The position numbers and the translations under genes are program-made. 64,000 nt of DNA from an uncultured Rhodospirillales bacterium. Lineage in GTDB: Bacteria > Pseudomonadota > Alphaproteobacteria > RF32 > CAG-239. Shown piece after piece: positions 61,270-64,000 of this stretch; the first letter of the stretch is position 1; each line of letters opens with the position of its first letter. The notes below the pieces were generated by a model. It made no database searches, had not been told where the DNA came from, and saw only the letters and a program-made list of their open reading frames with translations. The DNA is taken from positions 442-64,441 of the forward strand of contig CACWQT010000009.1 in the NCBI GenBank assembly GCA_902763185.1, given 5' to 3'.

Positions 61270-61296
61270 AAAAAAGCCGTCCTTTCGGGCGGCTTA
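61270..61296. terminator. Terminator after pnp
   Basis: AAAAAGCCGTCC-TTTC-GGGCGGCTT. Confidence 0.75.
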
Positions 61297-61319
61297 ATTT
61301 GTTTTTCAAGTTATGAGCT

Positions 61320-63434
61320 TTAAGCGTCTTCACCTGTTTCTTGGTTAACACGTTTGGCAGAGAGTTTAATCTTGCCACGGTTATCAGTGCCTAAGCACTT
61401 AACCCAAATGCTGTCACCTTCTTTATAGAAATCACAAACAGAAGCAATGCGCTCGTTTTTGATTTCGGAGATGTGAACTAAGCCTTCGGTTGTGCCTAAG
61501 AAACGAACAAATGCACCAAAGTCCATAATTTTGGTGATAACACCATGATAGTTTTTGCCGTCTTCAGGAACAGCAACGATACCATTGATGATTTCAAGCG
61601 CGGCGTCCGCGTCTTTCTTATCAACGGCGGCAACATTTACCGTCCCGTCATCATCAATATCAATCTTGGTGTTAGTCTTTTCAATAATATCACGAATGAC
61701 TTTACCGCCGGTGCCGATGACTTCGCGGATTTTATCTACCGGAATTTTGATAGATATAATACGCGGTGCGCGCGGTGAAATCTCTGCACGCGGTGCCGGT
61801 AAGGCTTTTGCCATTTCACCTAAGATATGAATACGTCCTTCATGTGCTTGAGCAAGAGCGTTTTTCATAATCTCTTTGGTGATAGATGTGATTTTAATAT
61901 CCATTTGAAGTGCGGTTACACCGTCAGAAGTTCCGGCTACCTTAAAGTCCATATCGCCTAAGTGGTCTTCATCACCTAAAATATCGGTTAAGATAGCTAC
62001 ACGGCCATCATCTTCTTTAATCAAGCCCATAGCGATACCGGCAACAGGCTTTCTTAACGGTACACCGGCATCCATTAAGGAAAGCACGGAACCGCAGACG
62101 GTTGCCATAGAAGATGAACCGTTTGATTCCATAATATCCGATACAACACGAACGGTGTATGGAAATTCTGATTTTTCTTTAGGCATCATCGGGTGAATAG
62201 CACGCCATGCTAATTTGCCGTGACCGATTTCACGACGCCCCGGAGAACCTAAACGACCACATTCACCAACCGAGAACGGTGGGAAGTTGTAGTTTAACAT
62301 AAAGTCTTGACGAGCTTCGTCCATTAAACCGTCAATGATTTGTGCATCTTCGCCGGTGCCTAAGGTGGTTACAACCAAGGCTTGAGTTTCACCGCGGGTG
62401 AATAATGCTGAACCATGTGTGGTCGGCAATATATCAACTTCGCAAGTAATCGGGCGAACGGTTTTGGTGTCACGTCCGTCAATACGCTTACCGGTGGTTA
62501 ATACCTTTTCACGCATAACAGAGTGCATTAACTTCTCGATAGCATCTAAAGAATAACGAACTTCCAATTCATTTTCAGGGTCAATGGTGGCATTAACTTC
62601 TGCAGCCAATTCACCTAAACGTGTGCTACGCTTTTGTTTATCAACCTCGTTGAATGCTTCTTCATATTTGGCGCGGAAATCTTTTTCTATGCGAGCATAA
62701 AGTGCATCAAACTCCGGCGGAAATACAGGTGCCTCCCATGGTTCTTTACCTGCTTCGGCTTTTAATTCGTTAATCATATCAATGATTTTTTGGAAGCTGT
62801 CAAAACCAAACATAACTGCGTTTAACATTGTTTCTTCAGAAAGCTCGTTTGCTTCCGATTCAACCATTAATACACCGTCTTTGGTACCGGCAACGGTTAA
62901 TTCCAATTCAGAATTTTTCAACTCTTCAACTGTCGGATTCAAAACGTATTCTTTGTTGATGTAACCAACTTTGGCGGCACCAATCGGGCCTAAGAACGGA
63001 ATACCGGATACGGCCAAGGCGGCAGAAGCGGCAATCATCGCCAAAATATCGGAATCGGTTTTTTTATCATGTGCAACAGTGGTGCAGATGATTTGAACTT
63101 CGTTTTTGAAAGCATCAGGAAACAGCGGGCGGATTGGTCTGTCTATAAGACGAGAAACCAATACTTCGTGTTCGGAAGGCTTGCCTTCGCGTTTCATAAA
63201 GCCACCGGGGATTTTACCTGTGGCATAATATTTTTCCTGATAGTTAACAGTTAAAGGGAAAAAATCCTGGTCTGCTTTTACTTCTTTTGCAGCAACAACC
63301 GTGGCAATAACAACTGTGTTACCATAAGTTGCCTGAACGGCTCCTGTTGCTTGTTTTGCGATTTTACCTGTTTCTAAAACTAATTTGCGGCCGCCCCATT
63401 CTATTTCTTTGCGGCACACGTTCCAATTGACCAT
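61320..63434 (-). CDS. pnp: Polyribonucleotide nucleotidyltransferase
   Basis: [27 protein letters not shown] and S1 domains. Confidence 0.98.
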   Translation of the reverse strand: MVNWNVCRKEIEWGGRKLVLETGKIAKQATGAVQATYGNTVVIATVVAAKEVKADQDFFPLTVNYQEKYYATGKIPGGFMKREGKPSEHEVLVSRLIDRPIRPLFPDAFKNEVQIICTTVAHDKKTDSDILAMIAASAALAVSGIPFLGPIGAAKVGYINKEYVLNPTVEELKNSELELTVAGTKDGVLMVESEANELSEETMLNAVMFGFDSFQKIIDMINELKAEAGKEPWEAPVFPPEFDALYARIEKDFRAKYEEAFNEVDKQKRSTRLGELAAEVNATIDPENELEVRYSLDAIEKLMHSVMREKVLTTGKRIDGRDTKTVRPITCEVDILPTTHGSALFTRGETQALVVTTLGTGEDAQIIDGLMDEARQDFMLNYNFPPFSVGECGRLGSPGRREIGHGKLAWRAIHPMMPKEKSEFPYTVRVVSDIMESNGSSSMATVCGSVLSLMDAGVPLRKPVAGIAMGLIKEDDGRVAILTDILGDEDHLGDMDFKVAGTSDGVTALQMDIKITSITKEIMKNALAQAHEGRIHILGEMAKALPAPRAEISPRAPRIISIKIPVDKIREVIGTGGKVIRDIIEKTNTKIDIDDDGTVNVAAVDKKDADAALEIINGIVAVPEDGKNYHGVITKIMDFGAFVRFLGTTEGLVHISEIKNERIASVCDFYKEGDSIWVKCLGTDNRGKIKLSAKRVNQETGEDA

Positions 63435-63490
63435 ATTTTTTACCTTTCCTTACTATATTCCTCACCTAAGCATTATGCCTAGGATTTTGC

Positions 63491-63520
63491 AAATAGCGGA
63501 GCCCCATTGCCCCGCTATTT
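63491..63520 (-). terminator. Hairpin between rpsO and pnp (terminator or processing site)
   Basis: AAATAGCGG...CCGCTATTT. Confidence 0.5.
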
Positions 63521-63534
63521 GTTTCAAACATCTC

Positions 63535-63804
63535 TTACTTACGTAAATCTAACTTCTTAATCAATGTTTGATATCTTTCTTCACTTGTTGCCTTTAAGTG
63601 GTCAAGCAAGTGACGACGGCGCGAAACCATTTTCATTAAACCCAAACGAGAGTGTAAATCTTTTGAGTGGGTGTTAAAGTGCTCAATCAAATTGTTGATT
63701 CTGTGAGTCCAAATAGCAATTTGAACTTCCGGAGAACCGGTATCACCAGGTTTTGCACCAAATTCAGCAATAATTTCTTGTTTTTTTTCATTTGTAATCG
63801 ACAT
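63535..63804 (-). CDS. rpsO: 30S ribosomal protein S15
   Basis: [10 protein letters not shown] and H.KD.HSR.GL. Confidence 0.98.
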   Translation of the reverse strand: MSITNEKKQEIIAEFGAKPGDTGSPEVQIAIWTHRINNLIEHFNTHSKDLHSRLGLMKMVSRRRHLLDHLKATSEERYQTLIKKLDLRK

Positions 63805-63827
63805 CTTATTTTCCTTTTCTTTTGTTG

Positions 63828-64000
63828 TTAAATATTAAATACCCGAATCGGCTTTAAAGTGTTATCTTCAAGCTCAACCAGGGCGATAAGCTTATCATTA
63901 TAGCAGGCGGCATTGAGTTTGTTTTTGATATTAAATCTATCAGAATCAATGGTTTGCCCACTTTTTAGCTTAAGAGCTTCCGCTTCTGTCAAAGCGATAA
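63828..64000 (-). CDS. truB: tRNA pseudouridine(55) synthase, 3' part only (window edge)
   Basis: Hand translation ...EALKLKSGQ...LKPIRVFNI*, in the conserved truB-rpsO-pnp order. Confidence 0.8.
   Translation of the reverse strand, partial: IALTEAEALKLKSGQTIDSDRFNIKNKLNAACYNDKLIALVELEDNTLKPIRVFNI

Overview
AT-rich bacterial chromosome segment, most likely an anaerobic, host-associated alphaproteobacterium (RF32/Rhodospirillales-like). This is inferred from the GyrB, LepA, Pnp, RpsU and DUF465 sequences and from the rarA-rluC-ATP12 and truB-rpsO-pnp gene order. Most of the window is core genes (lepA, nrdD/nrdG, gyrB, serS, secE-nusG, rpsU, rsfS-obgE-rpmA-rplU, ruvC-yebC, rarA, rluC, trxB, ychF-pth-rplY, pssA, tRNA-Leu, pfkA, pnp-rpsO-truB), interspersed with single orphan or foreign-looking genes. 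No integrase, transposase, CRISPR array or prophage was seen. Highlights: (1) a tandem array of two 167-192 bp units behind tRNA-Leu(TAA), each rebuilding the tRNA 3' end with a structured insert in the T-loop; (2) a Bacteroidetes-like L7/L12 N-terminal domain fused to a basic tail, convergent with a tandem-duplicated GTA-type holin; (3) a low-GC signal peptide-SH3-TM-NERD nuclease heading an ASCH/EEP/GNAT islet; (4) apparent pseudoenzymes (ACP-like protein without the Ser, DEAD-box protein without catalytic motifs or domain 2); (5) a 15-Cys metallothionein-like gene with a CDF exporter and a palindromic operator; (6) a split class III RNR under tandem NrdR boxes; (7) a Clostridia-type serS; (8) two RPE/CIR-like palindromic elements. 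All family assignments come from motif recognition by eye, without database searches.
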